NCBI RefSeq assembly: GCF_001194135.2
Contig: NC_069001.1
Location: 18,658,886-18,722,885, forward strand
From: Octopus bimaculoides
Lineage: Eukaryota
DNA length: 64,000 bases
Direction: 5' to 3'
Both the position numbers and the translations under genes were made by a program. Below are positions 50,444-62,000 of the stretch, one piece after another. The notes below the pieces were generated by a model. The model did not search any database. It saw nothing but the letters and a program-made list of their open reading frames with translations, and was not told where the DNA came from. Numbering within the stretch: the stretch's first letter is position 1; every line of letters begins with the position of its first letter.

Positions 50444-50509
50444 AACATATATATACATAACTTGTTTCAAATCTCTGAGCGACAGATATACAATAACAGT
50501 ACCAAACAC

Positions 50510-51053
50510 TAAAGTTTGTATGCCAACAGAATTTGGCAATCCTATGAAGGATGATGTTACTGTTGTTTTACCCCAGGAAAATATCTTTTCCAACTGACTA
50601 TCAAAAAAGTTTTTGTGTCCGTGTAGCATTAGCAAGGGAGATCATCGCTCCCATCTCCAACTTTACATGATACTCACAGACCTAAGTTTTTGGGTGGTTA
50701 CCTGTCCTCAGTGTGAGACAACTACAGGTTAGTGACAAAAGCTCTCTCCACTCGCAAAAACTATATATCCTTTAAGCAACATACAGCCACTGATCTTGTA
50801 TACAGAAAAACAACTCAGAGCTTTCATCACTAGCCTGTGGTTGTCTCACACTGAGGATGGGTAACCAAGCAGAAACTTACGTCTGAGCATATCACGTAAG
50901 GCTAGAGATGGGAACGATGACTTCCTTTGCAAATGCTATACGGACAGGAAACTGTGTGTCAATAGCCAGCTGGAAAAGATATTTTCCTGGGCTAAAACAA
51001 TACTAACATCATCCTTTACAAGACTTCTACATTCTGTTATCACAAAAATTTTA
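50510..51053. mobile_element. Fold-back/MITE with ~240-bp imperfect TIRs
   Basis: Matching arm blocks, e.g. CCCAGGAAAATATCTTTTCCA / TGGAAAAGATATTTTCCTGGG and CCTCAGTGTGAGACAAC / GTTGTCTCACACTGAGG; termini TAAA...TTTA. Confidence 0.8.
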
Positions 51054-51093
51054 TGTATATATATATATAGATATATAGATATATATATAGTGA

Positions 51094-51427
51094 AGGTGCA
51101 TGGCTCAGTGGTTAGAGCATCAGATTCACAATCAATAGGTAATGAGTTTGAATCCCGGACCGGGCTGTGTGTTGTGTTCTTGAACAAAGCACTTTATTTC
51201 ACGTTGCTCCAGTTCACTCAACTGTAAAAATGAGACGTTGGTGTTAAGCTGCATCAGCCTTTGCCTTTCCCTTGGATAACATCAGTGGTGTAGAGAGAGG
51301 TGACTGGTATGCATGGGCAACTATTGGTTTTCCATAAACAAACTGCCCTGGGCTTGTGCCTCGGAGGGAAACTTTCTCTGTGCAACCCCATGGTCATCCA
51401 TGACCAAAGGGGATATTTACCTTTACC

Positions 51428-51428
<1 letters not shown>
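51094..51428 (+). mobile_element. tRNA-derived SINE (family C)
   Basis: A-box TGGCTCAGTGG (51101-51111), decayed B-box GTTTGAATC (51146-51154), core CTTGAACAAAGCACTTTATTTCAC. Confidence 0.85.
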
Positions 51429-51488
<60 letters not shown>

Positions 51489-51772
51489 ACGCACACACAC
51501 ACAGATGTATATACATTGGAGGAAGCATTTATCAGACTGCATCCACAGTTTGCAACTGTCATATATGTACAGCCAATGTGGCCAACTGTCACAGTAACAG
51601 TGATTGTGCTTGCTGGCAACATTGATAGTAACAATAACATTAACTTGGCCAATGATCATTCCCATGCCAAAAGTGCTGGCAGCAGATTTAATGGTAATGG
51701 TAATAATAAAAAATGTTACGAATGACAATATTGACACGATTCACATTAATATGTTAACAAATATTGGTGTTG

Positions 51773-51836
51773 TTATAGTACAAATAATAATGTAAATATA
51801 TATATATATATATTTACATTATTATTTGTACTATAA
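51773..51836. repeat. Perfect 64-bp palindrome centred on (TA)8
   Basis: 24-bp arms TTATAGTACAAATAATAATGTAAA / TTTACATTATTATTTGTACTATAA. Confidence 0.95.
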
Positions 51837-52325
51837 ACTGTAATAATAATTATCTCAGGGCTAACCTTACTGTCCAAAATATTAATAATCTCTTTGACCA
51901 TAGTTTAATCTTGGATAATATGATTGGATCTAATGATTTTACAGAATTTAGCTTGCTGAAACTACCTGTGTGCAGCAGATTAATATCCCTGCTGCTGATA
52001 CCTGTAACATTAATGTCCACCTCATGTGTTTTGTAATTGTAAAAACAAACTTCAATGCCTTGTCCATAATTTATGCCTAACTACAAATAGTATGTATGGG
52101 TGTGATATCAATACTAACATGATTACATTTACATTTAGGCTCAGCTGGAAAAGTATTCAAGAATCAATTATATAATCATATCCATATATTTAAGACTTGT
52201 GATAAAGCTAAAATTATGTCATGAAAAAATTGGGTAATTGAAAGATAAAAATGTTGAGTTCCATATTACCTTATATAAGAGATAAATATAGCTGTAGACT
52301 TTGCTGCACAAAATTACTGGATATC

Positions 52326-52676
52326 TGTTGTAAAGCGGTCTTTTTCTACTGTTGTATCTTTCTTTTGACAACGGTTGTTGCTCTAACTGATATTGTTATA
52401 TTCCGAAATCATCAATTGAATGGTTCTATCTGGCACTGTACGACCCCCAGTCATACAATGTTATTATTCCCAAACGGTTAGATCGATATAACATCCACTC
52501 AGTATCACAGTATAATTACTATATCAGCACAGACACAGCTATCAGCACAGTCTACTCGTACTCTCAACCTTCTTGACTTTCTTGACCTTCTCCTGTTGAC
52601 TGGCTACTGGTCTATTTATAACGGTTGACTACTACCACTTTTTACCAGGAAGGGTGTACAGTTTCACTATACAACA
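52326..52676. mobile_element. Solo LTR (351 bp)
   Basis: TGTTGTA...TACAACA termini with exact 5-bp TSD ATATC (52321-52325, 52677-52681). Confidence 0.85.
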
Positions 52677-53375
52677 ATATCCTAAAATGTTCTGGTGAGA
52701 TCCTCAATAACTTTAGAGAACTTAGGGCAAAATGCGCGTATCACATTAAAAACATATTTTCATACTTTAAATCTGTTAGCTAAAATGTTCCTGGCTGCCA
52801 TGCTACTTAGATCTCTTTGCCTGTAAATATTCTCTAAAAGTATACTTTAGTTAGATAGACTTCTTCTCATTTCTGTAGTTTATGAATATTCTGATTAATT
52901 GTTATGAATAGTATCTCGGTTATAATGTCTTACGTTTAAGCTGGTTTCAATACATTTCCCTGAGGTGAAGTTTACATTTTTAACATCGCCGATTCCTATG
53001 GATCGCATAAATTGTAATTCTTTGAAACATATGTCGGAATAAAAGTATGCAGTTATAACATGCGTTTACTCCATTCTTTAAATTTATATATATATATAGA
53101 TAGATAGATAGATAGATATAATATAATATAATATAATATAATATAATATAATATAATATAATATAATATATATGTATATATATATATATAAAAGAGTATA
53201 AAAGTGATAAATTATTCTGGCAGATACTGACTTATCTCATAAAATGGTATGGATGCAGGCTACCCACAACAGTCCAATTACATAGTACTCAAGTATAAAT
53301 AGATGCTGGTACTTGTAAGCTCCACTTGTTGGGTAGTTTCTTGTTACTATTCAGAACTGCAAATATTCTGTAGAG

Positions 53376-53797
53376 TATATAATTGAAAAGCAAGAGGAGA
53401 GTGGAGATTTATTCTCATCCAAAACTTTTTGGTAAAAAAAGTTTTCTACAGCATATATAACAATGGCCAACATATGTTTCTACTGCAACAACTACACATT
53501 GCTCTGTATGCAATTATGCATTCTAGTCACTGCAATTTCATCAAGTGTCCATCACAACGTTTTCAAAGTAAATTAATTCAAACAAGCTTCCTGTGTTGGT
53601 ATTCAGTTAACGGTTATAGCGTTACTTTTTAAATCAAATTGAATTCTGGTCCTATAATCACTTCTACACAGAGCAATGTGTAATTGTTGCAGTGGAAACA
53701 TATGTTGATCATTGTTATATATGCTGAAGAAAACTTTTTAATAAAAAGTTTTGAATGTGACTAAATCTCCACTCTCCTCTTCATTTTCAATTATATA
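53376..53797. mobile_element. MITE with ~130-bp TIRs
   Basis: GAGGAGAGTGGAGATTTA / TAAATCTCCACTCTCCTC and ACACATTGCTCTGT / ACAGAGCAATGTGT arm matches. Confidence 0.8.
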
Positions 53798-53804
53798 TAT
53801 ATAT

Positions 53805-54085
53805 TAATTATATAATAAGGATAAAATCATTCACGAGAATAAAAACCTCACAGGTAAATTTTCCAAATATTATATTATAACAAGGGATACCAAAGGCACC
53901 ATATTCCAAAGGCACCATATTCCAAAGGCACCAAAACCTCCTTAAAAAGGCTCCATAAACACAGGTTGTAATCATTTTGCCAATCCCTTGTTATAATATT
54001 TTGGAAAATTTACCCATGAGGTTTTTATTTTTGTGTTGACCTCCTGATAAAAATCATGAATGATTTTATCCTTATTATATAATTA
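53805..54085. mobile_element. MITE with 29-bp outer and ~50-bp inner inverted repeats
   Basis: TAATTATATAATAAGGATAAAATCATTCA / TGAATGATTTTATCCTTATTATATAATTA; internal 15-bp CCAAAGGCACCATAT repeats; related partial copy at about 54380-54485. Confidence 0.8.
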
Positions 54086-54629
54086 ATATATGAACATTTT
54101 TACTCTGATCAAAGTTGCATTCACTGCAGCATTATTTTGATATATAACACGTGGTTTGAAGAGAATGAGGTAAATTCTACTTTTACTGTATGTTTTTGCA
54201 AGTGTGTATACATATTGCCATGTGATGGCTCTGCTTGTATGGGTATGTGTGGATACTTGTACATTTATGCAACAGAATATTGACGCTGATGATAGCAGTT
54301 GGTATTTTTTTACCTTTAGCTTGAAATGCGATCTTATAAGCGATTAATCAAAAGTTTAATTTATTATCTTTCTTTTGCTCAACTACAACCTGTGTTTTTG
54401 GAGTTATTTTAAGGGGATTTTAGCGCCTTTGGCATCTATTTTGAGTGCATGGTGAGGCGTTTTGCCAATCCCTTGTTATAATATATATACATATAGTAAA
54501 TTAAAGCTTTACCAGTAAGCTGTCTTTCATTTACCATATACATGATGAACACTATGAAAGTGACCATGCTTTACCAGTAAGCTACCAGGTGTGAACCATT
54601 TGTTTTATTATCTATCTATCATCCTCATA

Positions 54630-55196
54630 ATCATCATCGCTTAACGTCCGCTTTCCATGCTGGCATAGGTGGGATGGTTCAACCAGGGTCTGGGAAGCCA
54701 GGAGGCTGCACCAGGCTCCAGTCTGATCTGGCAGTGTTCCTACAGCTGAATGCCCTTCCTAACGCCAACCACTCTGTGAGTGTAGTGGGTACTTTTTACG
54801 TACCACTGGCACAGGGACCAGAGGAGGCTGGCAATGGCCACGATCAATTGGTGCTTTTTATGTGCCACTGGCATGGAAGCCAGTCAAGGCAGCACTGGCA
54901 TCGGCCACATTCGGATGGTGCTTTTAACGTGCCACCGGCACGGGTATCACAACTACAAATTCCAATTTGATATTGATGTACTTACACAGTAGGTTGCCCT
55001 ATGATCCAAGGTACTTTTGAATGGGCTGGGGCTGGTTATGCGAAACTGGTGTAGGATATAGCCGTGAACTCACTTTATTTGCCGGGTCTTTGCAGTCACA
55101 GCATATCTCCAGAGGTCTCAGTCTTTCGTTATTGCCTCTGTGAGGCCCAACGTTTGAAGGTCATGCTTCACCACCTCATCCCATATCTTCCTGGGT
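54630..55196 (-). mobile_element. 5'-truncated RTE (ORF C-terminus + long 3' UTR)
   Basis: Minus reads PRKIWDEVVKHDLQTLGLTEA...RQIK*, homologous to 43400-43488, then the same UTR family as 49483-50187. Confidence 0.85.
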
Positions 55197-55199
55197 GTA

Positions 55200-55258
<59 letters not shown>

Positions 55259-55260
<2 letters not shown>

Positions 55261-55264
55261 TCAC

Positions 55265-55300
<36 letters not shown>

Positions 55301-55824
55301 TTAAGATCTGTCTTCCATGCATGCATATGTAGGATGGTTGACAGGAGCCGGCCAGGTAAAAGACTACCCTAGGCTACTGTGTCTGTTTTGGCATGGTTTT
55401 TTATGGCTGGATGCCCTTCCTAACACCAACCACTCTGCAGAGTGGATTCAGTGCTTTTTACGTGGTACTAGCACAGACTAGGTTAGTTTTGGCATGACTT
55501 TTACAGCTGGATGCCCTTCCAAATGCCAACCACTTTACAGTGTGGACTGGATGCATTTTACATGTCATCAGCACTGGCAGGATCACCAAGTAACTCACAA
55601 GACAAGGAATTATGAGAAGGGCAGGGGCATTTGAGGAGGGGAACTTGTGTCGGGATGAAAGGTTAGAGTGTGACAGAGACAGAGAGGCAGAAACAGGTGT
55701 CTTGCTATAATGTAGGGGGCATTGGGGGAGGTGATCCAGAATCAGATGATGAAAGGTTAGAGTGTGACAGAGAAATAGAGAGGTAGAAACAAGTGTCTTG
55801 CTTATAGAGGAGGTACAGGATTAC

Positions 55825-55877
<53 letters not shown>

Positions 55878-56360
55878 AAGACAGAGTGAGAGAGGGGTAC
55901 AAGAAAGAGGACAGAAACAGGTGTGCTGATGTAAAAGAGATAATTGGTTACCTAGCCAGAAGGAAAAACAAGAGAAGGAGAAAGAGTGATCAAGAATGAG
56001 GGCAGAAATAGGTGTGTTGCTGTAGAGGAGATACATGGCTACCCAGCCAGAGGAAAGAGAAAAGGAAAGAGAGAGAGTAGGAAACAGCAAAAGTGTAAGA
56101 GAGACCAGGAGAGAGATGGTAAAGTGCCAGGGTATACTCACAAGTAACAAGGATCAGAGCACAGATGTGATGGTAGAGTAAGAGAGAGGTATGAAGGTCG
56201 TAATATATGTGATCAGGTATTGCCAAGAAGGTGCAAGTAGGGAGTGGGGATTGCAGTGACTGGAAAAAATCTCGGTATAAAAATGGGGTGGGGGAAAGCA
56301 GCAATACTGTAATTAGGGCAGTGAGGACAGGGAAGGGGAGTGGGAGACAATTATAGTTTA
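55259..56360 (-). mobile_element. RTE-type 3' UTR variant with (CAT)n end and purine-rich/(GA)n body
   Basis: Two GGATGCCCTTCC(T/A)AA..CCAACC blocks shared with the other UTR copies; right boundary approximate. Confidence 0.6.
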
Positions 56361-56469
56361 TGAAGAGGAAATGTGAGGAAGAGAAAGATGCAGTTTAGAA
56401 GAGGAGATGTAGTTTGGTTTTGGGGGTAGGGTGTGTGAAGGTTTGCTGTTACATGTGGGTGTTACATAT

Positions 56470-56599
56470 TCTTCAGGTTCATGTAGTAGTGGTGATAGTT
56501 ATGTTTTACAATTTACAGCTATAGTGAGAGTCTTCTCACTACAGTTGTAAAACATAATTGTAAAACATAACTGTCACCACTACTACATGAACCTGAAGA
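56470..56599. repeat. 130-bp hairpin, 44-bp arms (1 mismatch) plus inner stem
   Basis: TCTTCAGGTTCATGTAGTAGTGGTGA... / ...TCACCACTACTACATGAACCTGAAGA. Confidence 0.9.
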
Positions 56600-56808
56600 T
56601 TGCATAGTTTAATGCATGAAAGTACTAGTGCAATCAGAATGGACATCTAATATTCTATCATTTCAGTATTATATTATCTTATATTGTATTATTATAAGAT
56701 TGTAAATAAAACGTGAAAATCAGATGAAGTTGGAATTTCTTTGAGTAATATGTTCTTCTATACGTAAACATACACACCTATATGTGTGTGTATATATATA
56801 TATATATG

Positions 56809-57056
56809 ATTTAAAGTAAACAGAAAATGGAGAAATATTGATCAACAACAATTTACTAACACCAATTATTACTTTTTAATATAAATAGACTGTATCCCAT
56901 CTAACAGCTGTTTCTGCATCCAATGTTCCATGGTATTGCCATTGAAAATTCTGAAAATAATATTAATTTTCAGGATTTTCAATGGCAGTACCATGGAATA
57001 TTGGAAGCATTAGAAGTTGTTGATCAATATTTCTCCATTTTCTGCTTACTTTAAAT
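56809..57056. mobile_element. MITE with ~42-bp TIRs and an internal ~39-bp-arm hairpin (56920-57004)
   Basis: AGAAAATGGAGAAATATTGATCAACAAC / GTTGTTGATCAATATTTCTCCATTTTCT. Confidence 0.8.
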
Positions 57057-58152
57057 TTGATTCCTGATAAACTCATGTTTATCTTTGTCATTGCCTGTAA
57101 CCTATAAGCATAATATGCTTGCATATGTATGCCCAGGGTTAACATAGGCAATTATACCCGTGGTAAGATGGATATTTTTATCCCTTAGGCGGTTATTCCA
57201 GCCTCTAACTCTACTAACTTATATATNNNNNNNNNNNNNNNNNNTATAGATATATATATATGTATGTATGTGTGTATGTATGTATGTATGTATGTATGTA
57301 TGTATGTATGTATGTATGTATGTATGTGTGTATGTGTGTGTGTATGTATGAGAAAAAGAGATGACACAGGAAAAATAATGGTTATGTCATGTACTTCATT
57401 AGTTTACAGCTGTTTCTGCTATAAGATGCAGTGTATTTTTAGCTGATTGCCTGAATAACCTCCTATAGCTTCATTGGAGCCTTGAATAGTGAGTCAAGGA
57501 AGCCATGTTTCATTATTGCGAATTAGCACATTCGTGCTTTTGCAACAGCAGCCAATCTGAGCTGGTAGTGTACCTATAAAATCAGTAGTCATCAGCCCAG
57601 AAGTGGAGCACGCCTTTTGGCAGTCAGTCAGGGAAAGACCTCAAAACCACAACTGTCAATGAACAGATCTCCACAACCATCGGCAAATAGGTCCTACGAC
57701 TGTCAGCGAACAGAGCTGTATGACCATCAGTGGACAGATGACCACAACCGATAGCAACAGATCTTGACATTTCACACCAGCCTTTGTACCAGCAGCTGTT
57801 GCCTGTTTGTTTTTCTTACATCCTTAACACTGCAAACTTCTAACCTACTTGTGCAATTGTGAGTTTTCTTGGCTTCCCTCTGACTCCAACATATCTACGC
57901 TCACTTTGCTCAGCACTTGTCAATAATCCCAAATAAATTACTATTCTTTATTTACAAAACATGCCTTCTGACATATACGTCATTCCCCGTTATAATGGGA
58001 CATTGTTACATTCGAACATGTTCCAACCTAAATCGTAACACTGGTGACTCGAATGTTGAAATATTTTTGTTCAAGAAATATTCTCACCCCACCAAAAAAT
58101 ATATAAAAATATTTTTTATATATAACAGTGACTAAGCAAATGTTTCCATTAT

Positions 58153-58821
58153 GGCTACCTTTCTTCTTCATTGTACTTTAGTTGCACCTTATGTATGCAT
58201 AGCCATACTCAACGTGCATGTCTTGCCTTGTTTTGGATGAATTTTCTTGCTTGTCGCCATGATGTAAAATTCGATTCTACTTCAAGTTATGCCATTTCAT
58301 TCTTCACTGCACTGGACTTTTTCCTCAACTCACCGAGCTTCTCCAGAATCGCCACATGAAGAATGACTTCCCTTCACTTGCACCTGTTTAACTCAGGTTT
58401 TCAATGCTGGGAAACAGCATCCCTCCTTGAACACTATGTCTCCAAAGCAAAGCTTTCAGTTGTGGTTAACACATCAGACACTGCAATCAGTGCTGTTTTA
58501 CAGTCCTTTCATCAGCAAAACTTGCAAACCTCTGACCTCCTCTGGACTTACTCAAGATAACTTCTCTCAAATTTTCCGTGTGCAAATTCCATACTCACTT
58601 GTGCCAACCTCCGTAGATCCTGTCCAAACCATTTCACCTTGTCCTTTCATACCACTCAATCATCGAGGAGCTGTTTTTGAAGCTTTGCTTCATCTGTCAC
58701 TTCTGCTGCCTCAGTCATGCGATGACTGGTACGTGCGCGAGTGTTGAACATACCAGTCATCGCATGACTGAGGCAGCATACATAAGGTGCAACTAAAGTA
58801 CAATGAAGAAGAAAGGTAGCC
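58153..58821. repeat. Perfect 46-bp inverted repeat enclosing a Gypsy RNase H remnant and a 28-bp-arm hairpin
   Basis: 58153-58198 is the exact reverse complement of 58776-58821; hairpin 58704-58731 / 58751-58778; KLSVVVNTSDTAISAVLQ at about 58445-58500. Confidence 0.85.
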
Positions 58822-59097
58822 TTAGTCATATGGCAACTGGCAGCTTCCATCATAAAGAGCCCAAAAATGACCAGTGCTAAAGATATCCTTCCGCCCTTAT
58901 TGCCTCATCCAAACTGAATTTGTCAAAGTTAACTGTTACATCATGATCATCATTCTTACTAGTTTAATTTTAATTTTTACTTCTACTTCTACATTCCTTT
59001 CTTTCTCTCCTTCTCCTTTTCCCTCCTTTTTATATCTCTTATATCTATTTATATCTTTTATGTACATATATACATACATATATAAATACATACACAT

Positions 59098-62000
59098 TGT
59101 TATAATGTGGATCCTCATCCACTTGTATATTGTTGTCGGCACTAATATTCTTGTCACCACTAATATGTTGTGGTGGTATTCTGTGCCTTATTATCTTTGA
59201 CTCATCTATCGTGCTCTCACTGATAGCTCTGCAAGACAATGACTTTGAAACATCTACCTTGATGGTAACTCGAACTCTTATATATCACGTAACTGACACT
59301 GATTCCAAGAACTTGTACAATGACTCTACTACTACTACTGACCCTCTACAATGACTGAAAGAGTGTACATTTTCACTACAACATCTCCCCTTTTAGTTTT
59401 TTTTTTCTTTGGGAAGCAAGTAATTTTATTTTACTTTATTCATCCTTCCTCCCTTTTTAGCAGTTTTTTTCCAACTTAATATTTTTTCTTTTTGGTGTCT
59501 ATTTGTAGGAACTCTGTGTTCTTCCTTTTTCTTCTACTTGTACGTATGGGTTCAACCACCTGTAATGGGGTTGGTACCTGGAATGTATCATACAGCCATT
59601 CCATTGGTTCTTCCAGTCTGTCTGGTTCATTTTCTATGAATCTCTCTAATTGGTTTCTGTGTCTGTTTCCAATACCTTTTCTGCTTCGAATTCCGTACAT
59701 CATTTTCCTATATACTTTGTGATTTTTCCTTCTTCCAAGTACTGTTTTCCAGTTTTATACGACCTCTTCTGAAGAATTTTGGATTGTCTTTTCTGGTACA
59801 TTTTCTTTCCTTGCCAGGTAACAGTTTATCAAAAACTGATTTCACCTTCCTCACAAACATCAGTTCTGTTGGTGAACTTCCTGCTGGTGTATTGGGGTTC
59901 AGTGTCACCCTGTATACCCTTAGGAATTGCTGTAGAGTGACTTCGTCGGTGGCTTCCTTGTTTGCTTTTCTCAAAACTCTTTTAAAAGTATCCACAAAAT
60001 ACTCTACCTGTCCATTTGATCTGGAACAGTAAGGTACTATCGTTTCATGTTCTATCGTAAACATTTCGCAGAATTTTCTATATTCACTGGACACAAATTG
60101 TGTTCCATTATCAGATACAATCATGTCTGGGATGCCAAATCTTGCGAATAATTTGTGCAAAAATTCATTACCATTGCAGAGGTTGGTCTTTTGCACTTAA
60201 CAATTTTCAGCCATTTTGTAAAACTGTCAACTATTACTAAGTAGTAATAATCATTTAATGGACCCGCAAAATCAATGTGTTTTTTTTTGTTTCATTAATG
60301 AACTTGCCTTTTGACGCATATCACTTTATCTCCTCCAGAGTTATTGGTAACTCTCGTACAATGTTCCACATTATGTGTTTAATTTCCCCTTTGGCTCTTA
60401 GGGCTGCTATTACTGTGTCCTCAAATGGTTCACCATTTCTGGGTATTAACCTGGATAAGCCATCAGCATGTTCTAGCTTTTTTGAAGGTAAATATTCCAT
60501 TGCAAATTGTAGTCTAGTAGTATTGTAAAATTACTATTTTTAAATCTCACAATGAGAGATATTCAGCAACAGTACTTTGGAGTAAAGATTTTTGCCAACA
60601 TAACATGGCAGTCCTGGTTTAGGACGAATGTTGCTGTAATTTAGCCCCAGGAGACATTGTCTCCAGCTGGCTATACGACACGATCTGTGTCCTTGTTCGA
60701 AAATATAAGGACACAGATCGTGTCGTATAGCCAGCTGGAGATGATGTCTCCTGGGGCTAAATTACAACAACATTCGTCCTAAACCAGGATTGCCATGTTA
60801 TGTTGGCAAAAATCTTTAGTAGTATTGCTGCAACCTGTATGTACTGGGATTCCTTTCTTGGATCCCTAAATCATTAGCAACGGGTGATGGTCTGTTTGTA
60901 GTCTAAACTGTCTACTGTGTATAAACCTGTGGAACTTTTTTTATTATGCCAAATATAATCGCCAATGTCTCTTTTCCAATTTGGCTATAATATTTTTCCA
61001 CTAGCAATAGCATCCTTGATGCATGAGCTATGGCCTTTTGGCTGCCATCTCCACATTTGTGTAGGAGTATGGCACTTACCCTGTACTCACTAGATTCTGT
61101 TGCCAGTATTGTTTCCAACTTTGGATTGAAGTATGTAAGCGACAAGTCTGAAGTTAACATGCTTTTTGTTCCTCAAATGCCTTCTGGCATTTTTCTTACC
61201 AAAACCATTTGACATCCTTTTTTAATAGCTTGTTTAGTGGAACCCTTGTGTTGTGTATGTTCAGGATATATACTTGATAGTAGTTTACCAAGCCTAAGAA
61301 TGCTTGTGACAATTTGACGTTCATTGGGGGAGGCATATTCCATATTGCTGTTGCCCTTGATGAGTCTGGCCTTCGTCCCCTTTCATCAGTTACTTGACCC
61401 AAATATTTGATTTTTTTCATCAAAAATTCACACTTTTTCTCTGTTAGTCTAAACCCGAATTCATTTATTTTTCTGAATACTTTTTTAAAATGTTCGAAGT
61501 GTTGCTCTACTGACTCGTTCTTTATGAAAATATCATTGAGATAAATGATAACAAAGTCACAATCATTTAACATTGCATCCATCACTTGTTGGAATATGGT
61601 AGGTGCCACTTTTATTCCAAAAAGAAGCTGCTTGAATTTATACATGGTGTGTGTTGATTGTTAAAAGGTGTACACAATCTTCCTCTACCTGTATCTGTAG
61701 ATAGGCTTCTGAGAAGTCTAACCTCGAGAAAATTTTTCCTCCATTCAGTTTTGAGAACACTTCTTCAGGGTTTGGTAATGGATAGTTGTGTTCGAGTAAA
61801 CAATAATTTAATCCAGTTGAAAAGTCTGCACACACTCTTAGTTTATTATTATTTTTTTTTTTACATAAACTGTCAGGGCTGCCCAGCTAGACTTTTTAGT
61901 CTTTCTAGATCTTTATTGACCTGGTCCAGTGCCACAAACAGCACATTCCGTTTGGGCCTAAAAACAGGTGTTGCCTTTTCTTTACGATGATCCTCACTTT

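Noticed and set aside
12468-51160. tRNA genes at SINE heads (12468, 51094, and minus-strand heads at 5053, 19642, 23810)
   Set aside because: A/B boxes are present but acceptor and anticodon stems do not close, and each continues into a repeated SINE body
51840-53050. Additional minus-strand PLE fragments (also about 27000-27400 and 24480-25400)
   Set aside because: Only isolated short motifs (KCKCN, MFQSSF) in very AT-rich decayed DNA; too weak to delimit as features
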